Assembly: GCF_964204645.1 (NCBI RefSeq)
Contig: NC_134033.1
Location: forward strand, 1,570,131-1,634,130
Length of the DNA stretch: 64,000 bases
Origin: Tubulanus polymorphus
Taxonomy: Eukaryota > Animalia > Nemertea
Reading direction: 5' to 3'
A program made the translations under genes and the position numbers. Of this stretch, positions 23,791 through 38,149 are shown piece by piece; the stretch's first letter is position 1, and every line of letters begins with the position of its first letter. The notes beneath the pieces are model-generated. The model saw only the letters and a list, made by a program, of their open reading frames with translations, was not told the origin of the DNA and did not search any database.

Positions 23791-26700
23791 CCATCGCGAT
23801 ATTCCGCTTATGATCGTTAACGTTTACGTTTTGATTAAAGTAGCGATCGACTGGCACCGCTATCATTTACCGTCAACGCGCGGTGGTCAACTGAACCTAA
23901 TGTCAACTCACCGCGTGATAAACTGGCACTGCTATCATTTACCGTCAACGCGCAGTGGTCAACTGAATCTACTGTCAACTCACCACGCGATCGACTGGCA
24001 CTGCTATCATTTACTGTCAATGCGCGGTGGTCATCTAACCCTGCGATCAACTCAGTACTGTCAACTCAAACTGCGGTCAACGCTACTCTCGGCTAAATGT
24101 CGACTCAATGGTCAGATCTAATGTCAACTCTATCTTGGAGTCATTCAGTCTTATTACTCCACCAACATTCAACGGTCAACTGGGCAAACAACTCAAGCAA
24201 ATCAGGTAATTATCTTTCTCATCACTTCTCACTTTAAAATTTGTAGTTTTGTGTAATATTTTGATGTGTTTGAAATCTGTATTTATATTTTGTTTTATTT
24301 CAGTTTCTCCAATTTGCTGTTGTTACTATGAACCGGAAAACACTGCTTCGCAAAAACAACGTCGTACAGTGTGAACAAATCTGATCAATCAAAATCCACT
24401 ATATTGCTATCAGTTGCATCTCGTGGACAGTATCGCTATCAGTTGCGTCTCGTGGACAGTATCGCTATCAGTTGCTTCTCGTGGACAGTATCGCTATCAG
24501 TTGCTTCTCGTGGACGGTATCGCTATCAGTTGCATCTCGTGGACGGTATCGCTATCAGTTGCGTCTCGTGGACGGTATCGCTATCAGTTGCTTCTCGTGG
24601 ACGGTATCGCTATCAGTTGCGTCTCGTGGACGGTATCGCTATCAGTTGCGTCTCGTGGACGGTATCGCTATCAGTTGCGTCTCGTGGACGGTATCGCTAT
24701 CAGTTGCGTCTCGTGGACAGTATCGCTATCAGTTCCATCTACTGGACAAACAACTCAAGCAAATCAGGTAAATATTTCTTTCTCATAATTCCTTGTATTC
24801 GAATTACTTTGTAGCTTTGTAATATTTTGATCGGATTGAAATCTATATTTATATTTTGATTATTTTGTTGTTTTTCAGTTTCTACAATTTGCTGCTGTTA
24901 TATGAACTGTAAAGCAGGATGTGCCGAACAGTGTGAAAAATCGCATTCAGAAAAAAATGTACCAAACCAATGTGATTACAAAACATCAATCTTGCGATGT
25001 AAAGTAACATGGAAACAATTCGATCTATCGAAACATCAGGTTTGCTGTTATCAGTCAAGAGACTATCTGATATAAATGCGTGAGAGTCACCTGCTATGCT
25101 ATCCAGTCTTACGGGACCGTCTCATACAATGCGATATCGAGTATGAAAGTTGAATGATACCCACAGCGAAAAGGCTTATATGATACAATACGTCATGTTC
25201 ATCAGTAACAAAGAAACGAGACGAACTGAGTTGAGACACCAAGGATCAAGTAACCCGCTATCTGTCGTGGATCCAGTAACCCGCTATCTGTCATAGATCC
25301 AGTAACCCGCTATCTGTCATGGATCCAGTAACCCGCTATCTGTCGTGGATTCAGTAACCCGCTATCTGTCGTAGATCCAGTAACCCGCTATCTGTCATAG
25401 GGCTGTCGTATATAGTCCAATACGTCACGATCGCGAGTAATAACGAAACGGGTCGAATCACAAACGTTCCAGTGCACAAATAACTCGCTAGCGTTCCTTC
25501 TCGCTTGCGATCTCGAGATATTTTCCAGAAAGAAAAATTTGGTTGAAAGTGTACGTTGTGTAATCGGGTAGTGGAAGGAGTTAAAGGAGCTGAATCACCT
25601 CGTTCGTTCGTTCGTTACTACGTTTGGTTACTTCGCGTAATTAGACTCGTTTTAAAATTCGTAAACGCTTCATCACCATCGCGATATTCCGCTTATGATC
25701 GTTTACGTTTTGATTAAAGTAGCGATCGACTGGCACTGCTATCATTTACCGTCAACACGCGGTGGTCAACTGAACCTAATGGCAACTCACCGCATGATAA
25801 ACTGGCTCTGCTATCATTTACCGTCAACGCGCGGTGGTCAACTGAACCTAATGGCAACTCACCGCGTGATAAACTGGCTCTGCTATCATTTACCGTCAAC
25901 GTGCGGTGGTCATCTAACCCTGCGATCAACTCAGTACTGTCAACTCAAACTGCGGTCAACGCTACTCTCGGCTAAATGTCGACTCAATGGTCAGATCTAA
26001 TGTCAATTCTATCTTGGAGTCATTCAGTCTTATTACTCCACCAACATTCAACGGTCAACTGGGCAAACAACTCAAGCAAATCAGGTAATTATCTTTCTCA
26101 TCATTTCTCACTTTAAAATTTGTAGTTTTGTGTAATATTTTGATGTGTTTGAAATCTGTATTTATATTTTGTTTTATTTCAGTTTCTCCAATTTGCTGTT
26201 GTTACTATGAACCGGAAAACACTGCTTCGCAAAAACAACGTCGTACAGTGTGAACAAATCTGATCAATCAAAATCCACTATATTGCTATCAGTTGCATCT
26301 CGTGGAAAGTATCGCTATCAGTTGCATCTCGTGGACGGTATCGCTATCAGTTGCGTCTCGTGGACGGTATCGCTATCAGTTGCATCTCGTGGACAGTATC
26401 GCTATCAGTTGCATCTCGTGGACAGTATCGCTATCAGTTGCATCTCGTGGACGGTATCGCTATCAGTTGCGTCTCGTGGACGGTATCGCTATCAGTTGCG
26501 TCTCGTGGACGGTATCGCTATCAGTTGCGTCTCGTGGACGGTATCGCTATCAGTTGCGTCTCGTGGACGGTATCGCTATCAGTTGCGTCTCGTGGACGGT
26601 ATCGCTATCAGTTGCGTCTCGTGGACGGTATCGCTATCAGTTGCGTCTCGTGGACGGTATCGCTATCAGTTGCGTCTCGTGGACGGTATCGCTATCAGTT

Positions 26701-29700
26701 GCGTCTCGTGGACGGTATCGCTATCAGTTGCGTCTCGTGGACGGTATCGCTATCAGTTGCGTCTCGTGGACGGTATCGCTATCAGTTGCGTCTCGTGGAC
26801 GGTATCGCTATCAGTTCCATCAACTGGACAAACAACTCAAGCAAATCAGGTAAATATTTCTTTCTCATAATTCCTTGTATTCGAATTACTTTGTAGCTTT
26901 GTAATATTTTGATCGGATTGAAATTTATATTTTGATTATTTTGTTGTTTTTCAGTTTCTACAATTTGCTGCTGTTATGATATGAACTGTAAAGCAGGATG
27001 TGCCGAACAGTGTGAAAAATCGCATTCAGAAAAAAATGTACCAAACCAATGTGATTACAAAACATCAATGTTGCGATGTAAAGTAACACAGAAACAATTC
27101 AATCTATCGAAACATCAGGTTTGCTGTTATCAGTCAAGAGACTATCTGATATAAATGCGTGAGAGTCACCTGCTATGCTATCCAGTCTTACGGGACCGTC
27201 TCATACAATGCGATATCGAGTATGAAAGTTGAATGATACCCACAGCGAAAAGGCTTATATGATACAATACGTCATGTTCATCAGTAACAAAGAAACGAGA
27301 CGAACTGAGTTGAGACACCAAGGATCAAGTAACCCGCTATCTGTCGTGGATCCAGTAACCCGCTATCTGTCGTGGATTCAGTAACCCGCTATCTGTCGTA
27401 GATCCAGTAACCCGCTATCTGTCATAGGGCTGTCGTATATAGTCCAATACGTCACGATCGCGAGTAATAACGAAACAGGTCGAATCACAAACGTTCCAGT
27501 GCACAAATAACTCGCTAGCGTTCCTTCTCGCTTGCGATCTCGAGATATTTTCCAGAAAGAAAAATTTGGTTGAAAGTGTACGTTGTGTAATCGGGTAGTG
27601 GAAGGAGTTAAAGGAGCTGAATCGCCTCGTTCGTTCGTTCGTTCGTTACTACGTTTGGTTACTTCGCGTAATTAGACTCGTTTTAAAATTCGTAAATGCT
27701 TCATCGCCATCGCGATATTCCGCTTATGATCGTTTACGTTTACGTTTTGATTAAAGTAGCGATCGACTGGCACTGCTATCATTTACCGTCAACGCGCGGT
27801 GGTCAACTGAACCTAATGTCAACTCACCGCGTGATAAACTGGCACTGCTATCATTTACCGTCAACGCACGGTGGTCAACCGAACCTAATGTCAACTCACC
27901 GCGTGATAAACTGGCACTGTTATCATTTACCGTCAACGCGCGGTGGTCAACCGAACCTAATGTCCACTCACCGCGTGATAAACTGGCACTGCTATCATTT
28001 ACCGTCAACGCGCGGTGGTCAACTGAACCTAATGTCAACTCACCGCGTGATAAACTGGCACTGCTATCATTTACCGTCAACGCGCGGTGGTCAACTGAAC
28101 CTAATGTCAACTCACCGCGTAATAAACTGGCTCTGCTATCATTTACCGTCAACGCGCGGTGGTCAACTGAATCTACTGTCAACTCACCACGCGATTGACT
28201 GGCACTGCTATCATTTACCGTCAACGCGCGGTGGTCATCTAACCCTGCGATCAACTCAGTACTGTCAACTCAAACTGCGGTCAACGCTACTCTCAGCTAA
28301 ATGTCGACTCAATGGTCAGATCTAATGTCAACTCTATCTTGGAGTCATTCAGTCTTATTACTCCACCAACATTCAACGGTCAACTGGGCAAACAACTCAA
28401 GCAAATCAGGTAATTATCTTTCTCATCACTTCTCACTTTAAAATTTGTAGTTTTGTGTAATATTTTGATGTGTTTTAAATCTGTATTTATATTTTGTTTT
28501 ATCATTTCAGTTTCTCCAATTTGCTGTTGTTACTATGAACCGGAAAACACTGCTTCGCAAAAACAACGTCGTACAGTGTGAACAAATCTGATCAATCAAA
28601 ATCCACTATATTGCTATCAGTTGCATCTCTTGGACAGTATCGCTATCAGTTGCATCTCGTGGACAGTATCGCTATCAGTTGCTTCTCGTGGACGGTATCG
28701 CTATCAGTTGCGTCTCGTGGACGGTATCGCTATCAGTTGCGTCTCGTGGACGGTATCGCTATCAGTTGCGTCTCGTGGACGGTATCGCTATCAGTTGCGT
28801 CTCGTGGACGGTATCGCTATCAGTTGCGTCTCGTGGACGGTATCGCTATCAGTTGCGTCTCGTGGACGGTATCGCTATCAGTTGCGTCTCGTGGACGGTA
28901 TCGCTATCAGTTGCGTCTCGTGGACGGTATCGCTATCAGTTGCGTCTCGTGGACGGTATCGCTATCAGTTGCGTCTCGTGGACGGTATCGCTATCAGTTG
29001 CGTCTCGTGGACAGTATCGCTATCAGTTCCATCAACTGGACAAACAACTCAAGCAAATCAGGTAAATATTTCTTTCTCATAATTCCTTGTATTCGAATTA
29101 CTTTATAGATTTGTTACATTTTGATGGGATTGAAATCTATATTTATGTTTCGATTATTTTGTTGTTTTTCAGTTTCTACAATTTGCTGCTGTTATGATAT
29201 GGGACAGTCGAAGCGCAAAGTCGATACTCAAGAGAAATTGATACTCAAAGAATTTTGGATATCAAATCTGTGAAATTGAGACCAAAATGATCAAATGTGC
29301 GTCTCAATCCTATGAAATTGAGATCAAATGTTCCATATTGAAATATCAAAATTGTCTATCAAATCTTTGAAATCGAGACCAAATTGATCCATGATCCGTG
29401 AAACTATCATTTCCTTCAGAATTTAAATATGGAATCTCAGTTATTTGCCTAATTCAATTTTCTTGCCAACAGGATTTGAACCTGTAAATGGATAAATCAT
29501 TCTGGATGATAATGATGTATTACTAAACGGCAGGACGCAGTTCTATAGGGTTCTGAGTTCAGATTTAACACAAAAAGTTAAATCATGCGTTAGCAATGTA
29601 CTAATTACTAATTCTAGTTGAAAGATTTGATTATTTGAGTCTTCGAACTCACGAAGCTGAACTTAACAAAGGAAACTTCTATGATTTCCAATGAATTGCC

Positions 29701-32700
29701 TTTTGAAAAACGACCAAATTATTTTGAGGCATTCATTATTCGGGAATTTTACCTGAATAGAATCCTATTTTTATTGAAATGAAAAGCTCAAGTGAAACAC
29801 GCGAATAAAATCTCGTGTCTACGTTGGAAACACTTTGTGAAATTTTTCGAATTTCAGAAATTGTCATCAGGAATCGAACCTGAAACTGCACAGATTATTA
29901 TATCTGGTTTACTCTTACCAATGAGCCAGATGGTGAACTTTAAACAACGTTGAGCAACAGTCAAAATGCTCTCTAAATCTGGATAATTTCGTCATCATTT
30001 TTGATTAAATTGCCATTTTTTGACGTCAAATTACTTTCATTTTTAGCAAAAAAACGACTACAGTATCAGTTAAGTCTTATTCACAGATTTTCATGATCTG
30101 GACCTGATATTGAACTTCTGAAATTTGGCATTCGTTTTTCTTACAGATATCGTCATCGAATTATTGAAACTGAAAGGATTTTCCTGTTGGAATTTCTTTT
30201 TAGTTTCCATGTTTTGTATTCGATGCTGGTTTTGAACAAGTAAAAAATTTTTAAGGAGAAATCTCTAACATTTCTCTGCTTACAGGGACCGAACCTGTCA
30301 CTATAAAATTACCAAGTTTTGTGTGATATCAAAATCTGCTATTTTTGGTATCAAATACTTTCATTTTCAGCGAAAACTACAACAGTTATGAAGTTATGTC
30401 TTATTCATAACTTCATAAACTGAACCTGATATCGAACTTCTCAACTTTGGAAAATTTGTTGGGAAGTTTTTGTGAAATTTATTGTCATCAAAGTAAAATC
30501 CTAAAAGGAGTTTCTTATTCATGGAATCATGTATGTTTTAGTTTCCATGTTTTGCATTTGATGCTCGGTTCAAAAGAACCCGAAGTGTTTAGAAATGATA
30601 AAATCTTTAACACTTTTCAGTTTAGTAGAAATAATGTGTATCTTCAGGGACCGAACCTGTAAACATTATTTCAAGTCTCATGTGACTTCATCAAAATAAA
30701 TTATGAAAAATCTCGATGTTATACGATTATTTATTGTTCGACATTTCAGTCGACTCGGGTTCGAACAAGGGAAAAAAACGTTTGTGTAATGTAAGAAAAA
30801 AAATCATGTAAGAAAAAAAAATATATTGTAAGAAAAAAATATATATTGTAAATCAACAACCACGATGACGACAACAACGGGAATGGCAATGATGGACAAC
30901 AACAGTAACCATAGTAACAACTAATTGGCTCCGTTAACTCCTGATACAACATCCACTCTATGACCACACGTTCAGTTGTCAACTTACCGGTAAGATCTAA
31001 TGTCAGTGATCAACTCCGTGCTATCGATTGATTCGCTCTGCTATCATTTACTGTCAACGCGCAGTGGTCAACTGAATCTACTGTCAACTCACCACGTGAT
31101 CGACTGGCACTGCTATCATTTACCGTCAACGTGCGGTGGTCATCTAACCCTGCGATCAACTCAGTACTGTCAACTCAAACTGCGGCCAACGCTACTCTCA
31201 GCTAAATGTCGACTCAATGGTCAGATCTAATGTCAACTCTATCTTGGAGTCATTCAGTCTTATTACTCCACCAACATTCAACGGTCAACTGGGCAAACAA
31301 CTCAAGCAAATCAGGTAATTATCTTTCTCATCACTTCTCACTTTAAAATTTGTAGTTTTGTGTAATATTTTGATGTGTTTGAAATCTGTATTTATATTTT
31401 GTTTTATCATTTCAGTTTCTCCAATTTGCTGTTGTTACTATGAACCGGAAAACACTGCTTCGCAAAAACAACGTCGTACAGTGTGAACAAATCTGATCAA
31501 TCAAAATCCACTATATTGCTATCAGTTGCATCTCGTGGACGGTATCGCTATCAGTTGCGTCTCGTGGACAGTATCGCTATCAGTTGCATCTCGTGGACGG
31601 TATCGCTATCAGTTGCGTCTCGTGGACGGTATCGCTATCAGTTGCGTCTCGTGGACGGTATCGCTATCAGTTGCGTCTCGTGGACGGTATCGCTATCAGT
31701 TCCATCAACTGGACAAACAACTCAAGCAAATCAGGTAAATATTTCTTTCTCATAATTCCTTGTATTCGAATGACTTTGTAGCTTTGTAATATTTTGATCG
31801 GATTGAAATCTATATTTATATTTTGATTATTTTGTTGTTTTTCAGTTTCTACAATTTGCTGCTGTTATGATATGGGACAGTCGAAGCGCAAAGTCGACAC
31901 TGCGCATATATTAGTAACTGTCAACTTGCTCAATGGTCAATTCAAATCTACGGTCAACTGGACAAACAACTCAAGCAAATCAGGTAAATATTACTTTCTC
32001 ATAATTCCTTGTATTCGAATTACTTTGTTGCTTTGTAATATTTTGATCGGATTGAAATCTATATTTATATTTTGATTATTTTGTTGTTTTTCAGTTTCTA
32101 CAATTTGCTGCTTTTATGATATGAACTGTAAAGCAGGATGTGCCGAACAGTGTGAAAAATCGCATTCAGAAAAAAATGTACCAAACAAATGTGATTACAA
32201 AACATCAATGTTGCGATGTAAAGTAACATAGAAACAATTCGATCTATCGAAACATCAGGTTTGCTGTTATCAGTCAAGAGACTATCTGATATAAATGCGT
32301 GAGAGTCACCTGCTATGCTATCCAGTCTTACGGGACCGTCTCATACAATGCGATATCGAGTATGAAAGTTGAATGATACCCACAGCGAAAAGGCTTATAT
32401 GATACAATACGTCATGTTCATCAGTAACAAAGAAACGAGACGAACTGAGTTGAGACACCAAGGATCAAGTAACCCGCTATCTGTCGTAGATCCAGTAACC
32501 CGCTATCTGTGGTGGATCCAGTAACCCGCTATCTGTCGTGGATCCAGTAACCCGCTATCTGTCATGGATCCAGTAACCCGCTATCTGTCATAGGGCTGTC
32601 GTATATAGTCCAATACGTCACGATCGCGAGTAATAACGAAACAGCTCGAATCACAAACGTTCCAGTGCACAAATTACTCGCTAGCGTTCCTTCTCGCTTG

Positions 32701-32863
32701 CGATCTCGAGATATTTTCCAGAAAGAAAAATTTGGTTGAAAGTGTACGTTGTGCAATCGGGTAGTGGAAGGAGTTAAAGGAGCTGAATCGCCTCGTTCGT
32801 TCGTTACTACGTTTGGTTACTTCGCGTAATTAGACTCGTTTCAAAATTCGTAAACGCTTCATC
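23791..32863 (+). repeat. Tandem array of four ~1.5-2-kb composite units containing 72-, 29- and 26-bp minisatellites and GT-AG intron-like segments
   Basis: Units start at 23791, 25676, 27707 (truncated at ~29224) and ~31020. The backbones are near-identical and the internal repeat numbers vary. Unrelated sequence occupies ~29225-31000. Confidence 0.9.
29865..29930 (-). pseudogene. Degenerate tRNA-derived sequence
   Basis: Minus strand A box tggctcattgg and B box ggttcgattcc, with no intact cloverleaf. Confidence 0.4.
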
Positions 32864-33064
32864 GACGATGACGACAACTTCAGCAACGACGACTACAGGA
32901 TTTTAGTGGTTGAAAAATATTTGTATTCGAAAAAAAAAAAACTTGGATTGATATTTTAGATGATTAGAAAATAAATTGTAGGAAACATAAAGAGAGATAT
33001 GTTAAACATAAAACATATTTTGAGAAACCTAAAAGATAACATTAAAGCTTGAATTATCGAAAAG

Positions 33065-33240
33065 ATATATTATTGTAAGAAAAGAAAAAATATATTATTA
33101 TTGTACGAAAAGAAAAAATAAATTGTAAGAAAAGAAAAGATATATTATTGTAAGAAAAGAAAAGATATATTATTGTAAGAAAGGAAAAGATATATTATTG
33201 TAAGAAAGGAAAAGATATATTATTGTGAGAAAAGAAAAAA
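33065..33240. repeat. ~27-bp AT-rich tandem repeat (tatattattgtaagaaaagaaaaga core)
   Basis: About 6 copies. Confidence 0.8.
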
Positions 33241-34373
33241 AAATTTCTCAGAAAATAAGGCATAAATATCTTAGACAATTAGAAAAGAATATTGTGAAGA
33301 AGCAGTTGAGTTAACAGATTTGAATAATACAAACATAAATCGAATACCGGGTAGTTAACAGTTGAGTCAAGTTTAGAATAATCTAGTGCAGGTTTATATG
33401 TGATATTTGATAAGTCACTGAAATAGGATTTAGACAAACGTAGATGAATTACTGAACTGTTGATCTGTCAATAATTTGAGTTCAGAGATTGTTAGGATAT
33501 TTGGTGAATAATTGAATTGTAAATCAGTAAATTTTAGAAGTTAGAATATTTATTATGATGGACTGGACATAGAAAAGTTAAGTATTGATTGATAAGTGAA
33601 TAACTGAAAAAAAAAACTGAATTGTCGAATTATGAATACGATTCTATTCAAGAGATTGATTTAAAGCGTTTCATGTTGTTTTAGTGTGGTTGAATATCTA
33701 TCAAATAATCTTTAATGTTTGATCGAAGTTGATTGACTTTAATTCTTGAGTCGATCGGTGAAAAACTGCTGAAAAATGAAGAAACCTAGATAGAGTAATA
33801 GAAATTTTGAATAGACTATAGAAATCTATGGTATAGATATTTCATTGAAAAGGAGATTATGAATTACTTGTGTGAAGTTTGTGTTGGTCGAAAAATGTTT
33901 TGTAGCTGTAAGAAAAGAGTTGACAAAAATTCTGATAAACACAGCGATATACGATTAAAACTGTAAAATGAAGAAATGGAATAATCATTGAAAGAAATTT
34001 TGATACAGATTTTGATAAACTGTTGTGCGTGAAAATATAGGAAACTTTTTTGTGAAACAAATAGATTTAGATACTGTGTTAAACAGTGTTAAACCATGAA
34101 GGAAGAAATCTGATGATTTTGAAATATTCCTGTTTTTCCAGTGGTGTGGCATAAATAGATTTAAATGCGGAAGTACTATGATGATTTTTGTGATTATGAA
34201 ACATTCCCGTTTTTCTTGTTATAAGAATTTTCCTCAGTTAAGGTTTCGAGGTCAGGTTACGAAAGTCCGCATAGGAATATGGTTTAGGTTACAAGAATAA
34301 GATATAGAACAGTGAGGTGATTTTGTTGAAAAATGTTACTATTTTGTGAATTGCATTCCGTGCCACTAGATAT

Positions 34374-34522
<149 letters not shown>

Positions 34523-37500
34523 GTGCTGATATATAATAACTCAGGTTGTTCAAGCGATAAAATAGAAGTATTTGATGTGGAAATATACGATGAATTTTGT
34601 GTGATTTTTCTTGTGGTACAGAAAGATCTTGATAAACTGTTGTATAATGAATACAGTTATATTAAAACCGTAAAGGGAAAAATTTGATGATTTCTGAAAC
34701 ATTCCAGTTCTTCACAGTCCAGGTTTGTCTACGTTACAAAGATAAAACTTATAAAAATCGTGAGGGTGATTTTGTTGGAAGATTTTATCAGTATTTTGTG
34801 ATTTGCACTGATACTGATGATGGTTACTCGGGTTATGTATTCAATCTATTAAATAGAAACTAGCAGTGATAATAAATAGCTACTCGCGATTTCATATGAT
34901 CTCATTTTTATAATATGTTAAACAGGCAAAGTCTAATTAAGTCATGTAAACTTTGTATGTTTTCATTTTCATTGAAGAGTTAGAGTGTATATAATTTTGA
35001 ACACGATTACATATAAACACGTGTGTTCTAAAAATGTAGATAGAGATGTATTTATATGTTTAAATTCATTTGGAAAAACATGACCTTTTATGATTGTTTG
35101 ATATTTGTTGTTTGTTCATTTGGATTTTTGTTCTCAAAACGGGATTTTATTTGTGAACAGCAGAAGGTGAAAAATGAATGAAAGAGGATAAAATCCAATA
35201 GCTATGAATGATCCAACCCCATGAATTTCTTTTTATTCATTGGTTTTATCTTGGAAAAGTGAAGAAAGAAGATGTAACTCCAGCACTTCGGGATATAGAC
35301 CCCAAGCACCTCCCTTCTCTATAGAGCTTATTCTGAATTTCCTCTCCCTTGTTGATCTATGGTGAACTGGTTGAAATGTTTAAAGTGAAAAAAAATATAA
35401 TGCTAAAACCATTTTGAACAGAAGAGTAGTTAAAACCAGATCGCCAAGATAATTCCATTACTCGCCTACCATTTACATGGTAAATGGGGAAAAATAATTT
35501 TGTTAATCGAGATAGAAATAAAAACATTTTGAAAACATTGGTGACATGAAAGTTATTGACAAAATATACAGATACTTTACTATACACTACTGGAGGGATC
35601 TATACATGTATGACGATATCTAAACCATCTTGGATCAATTTTGCTGAGTGGAAATTTGAAGCTCTAAGTAATGTGTCTAAATTTGGAATGTTTTCGCAAG
35701 TTTAGCAAGAATTGGTCACAATCACCATTCACTTCTTACTCTTCACCATCAGAATACATTACCACATATTTCCTGAAGATGAAAATTTGGCCAAAATGAC
35801 TGTCATGTCTGTTTTTAGGATGTTTGTCATCATTAGGAACTATATATTGACATTTTTGTTTGTTGATCAGGACTACATCGAACTGGATGTTGGCAAGCGT
35901 TAGAACTCACCGAGAGGATAAACAAACAATCGAACAAATATTGGGAGAACTTGACGTCAGTTATAGTGAACTTTACGAGGACTAAATATGTGACACTACC
36001 GATTTGCTTTTGAACTAAAAACAGGGCAACTGAAAAAAAACTGTGTGGCATCTAGAACCTGTCGTTCTCTCCCGGACGAAACTAGGAATATCCCCGATTC
36101 AAATTTACTCTTAAGCCTAATTCTTTCATAGAAAGTTGTTCCTTTAATAGTTTCAGAGCATTTTTTCTGGTTACAGTGTTAGTGGTAGTTGAATGCACTA
36201 TTTTAGAGAATAAAATTTAATTTGCTCAGAATTCTTCCTTTGGCATGTGAGCCTATCGCTTTACCGGATGCTAATACATTCCGCTGACAAAAGAGTTCTA
36301 TCAAAAATGGTTTGAAATTCGTTTTAAAAAGATGATCCCCTTCAAAAAACCTTAAACGACAGTAGAATTATTCATATACAATGGAATCGTATTAGATAAT
36401 CAACGAAATTCGGCTAAGAAAAATATCTTTATTACTCGCATTCCACAGTAAGATAGCGAGGCCGAGTTAGATATCTACCGTACAGTGCTGCCCCTATGAA
36501 TTACGGTAGCGGAATTTCTGTGAACTAAAATAGTAGCGCATATTTACCGCCGGAATTTAAATTTCCTTATTACGTACAATACGGACCAGTGTGGCGCCTA
36601 ATTCTGATTGAATATGATACTATGAAAACGTTCTGAATTTTGTATGATATTTCCTAATTTTATAGGTAACATATTTAATTCTTTTAGCTAAAATTCACTT
36701 ACCTATCAATTAATGTAGTATTTATATACAGAATAACTTATTCGTTTACATTTTTGAATGATAAAATTGACAAAATGTCCATATTTTTTCTTCGATATAT
36801 TCTAATTGCGCAGAAATAATCAGGGAACATACAAACACCTGTCGCTCTCTCCCAGACCATACTAGAAATACCCCGATTCAAAAGTACTCTTTCAAGGCTT
36901 ATTCTTTCATAGAAAAATTGTTTGGCCAGACGTTTCAGAGCAGTTTTCAGAGTTTGAGAAATTTCCTCGGAATCCGGCCCGCAAATCGGTAATTAGTTCG
37001 TCCACTACGGCCGTTCGAAGACTCTGGCAAGCGAGTATTATGTTAGTTCACGTTTTCCACGCTATCGTTATACATAGGGGCAGCACTAGATGGTCAAGAT
37101 TAGATCGCACTATTTTTACTGTGGAGCGGGCTCAATTCAATCGCTAATTCTTTATTTACAGTGAACTATTCCCTCAATTGATAAAGACTTTAAAGCCACG
37201 ATGATTTTAAATGTACGACTTTTGAATTGGGTAAAATGATAAGAATTCATCATATTTTATGTCCTCAGGGCCCCGGGGACGCACAGGGAGACCTCACTCC
37301 ACCGCAAACACGTCACGACACACTAGTCAGGCCCTGACTCGACCAGTTAGTTACAATGGCTTTCTCCCTGCCACAGGCTGGGCTCTTGTGAAAAACGAGA
37401 ATCTGTTAAACCAGTGTGACCAGGGGACTGAAAACTGCTGAAAACCTTTGCTGAAGCCTTTAGGCTACTATGTCAGAGTAATTGTACTGTTTTGCTCCCC

Positions 37501-38149
37501 TTTTCACCCATCCTCCCTCAACCTCTCACCCCATCCTCCCTCAACCTCACCCAACCTCATCATCCCATTGTCCCCAACCTCTCACCCCATCCTCCCTCAA
37601 CCTCTCACCCCATCCTCCCCCAACTACTCTCAGTCAGTCTCCCTGTTAATGTGATTTCAATTTTAGTATTTCAGGTTTTCCTGTCGGGCTGTCGTGTGTA
37701 AACTTCATCATGAATACTGGATGTGGTGGACTTCAACTGAAATTTATCACAGTTTTACTTCTTCCGGACTACTAGTGAACTAACCAGACTATATGTGAAC
37801 TAACCGGACCATTTAGTCCATTTAGGACCATTTAGATTGATACTCATAAAAAACAGTCAGTGGTGGACTTCAGGAGGTGTGGAACTCTGTGGATTTGTGG
37901 GACTCGGTGGACTACCATTACTGCTAGACAAGGGCTGGTGAGTGTGAGTAGAATTTCTTAAAAGTTTCCCAAACAATTATGAGAAAGCAGTTTATCTGTA
38001 AACACTGTTTACTGCATTTCATAAGAATTGTCAATGGGGTTATTTGAAGCAGCCTGTAATTGTGTTGCAGGAATTATAATACAGGGTTTTAGTAAGAGCA
38101 TCAATTTCTACCTTAAAAATTAATTGAATATTTGACATCATTGAATAAA

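Noticed and set aside
24371-31781. Overlapping ORFs in all three + frames (VDGIAISCVSWTVSLSVASRGRYRYQLRL repeats)
   Set aside because: They result from a stop-free 29-bp repeat read cyclically. Copy-number changes shift the frame, so there is no evidence of coding.
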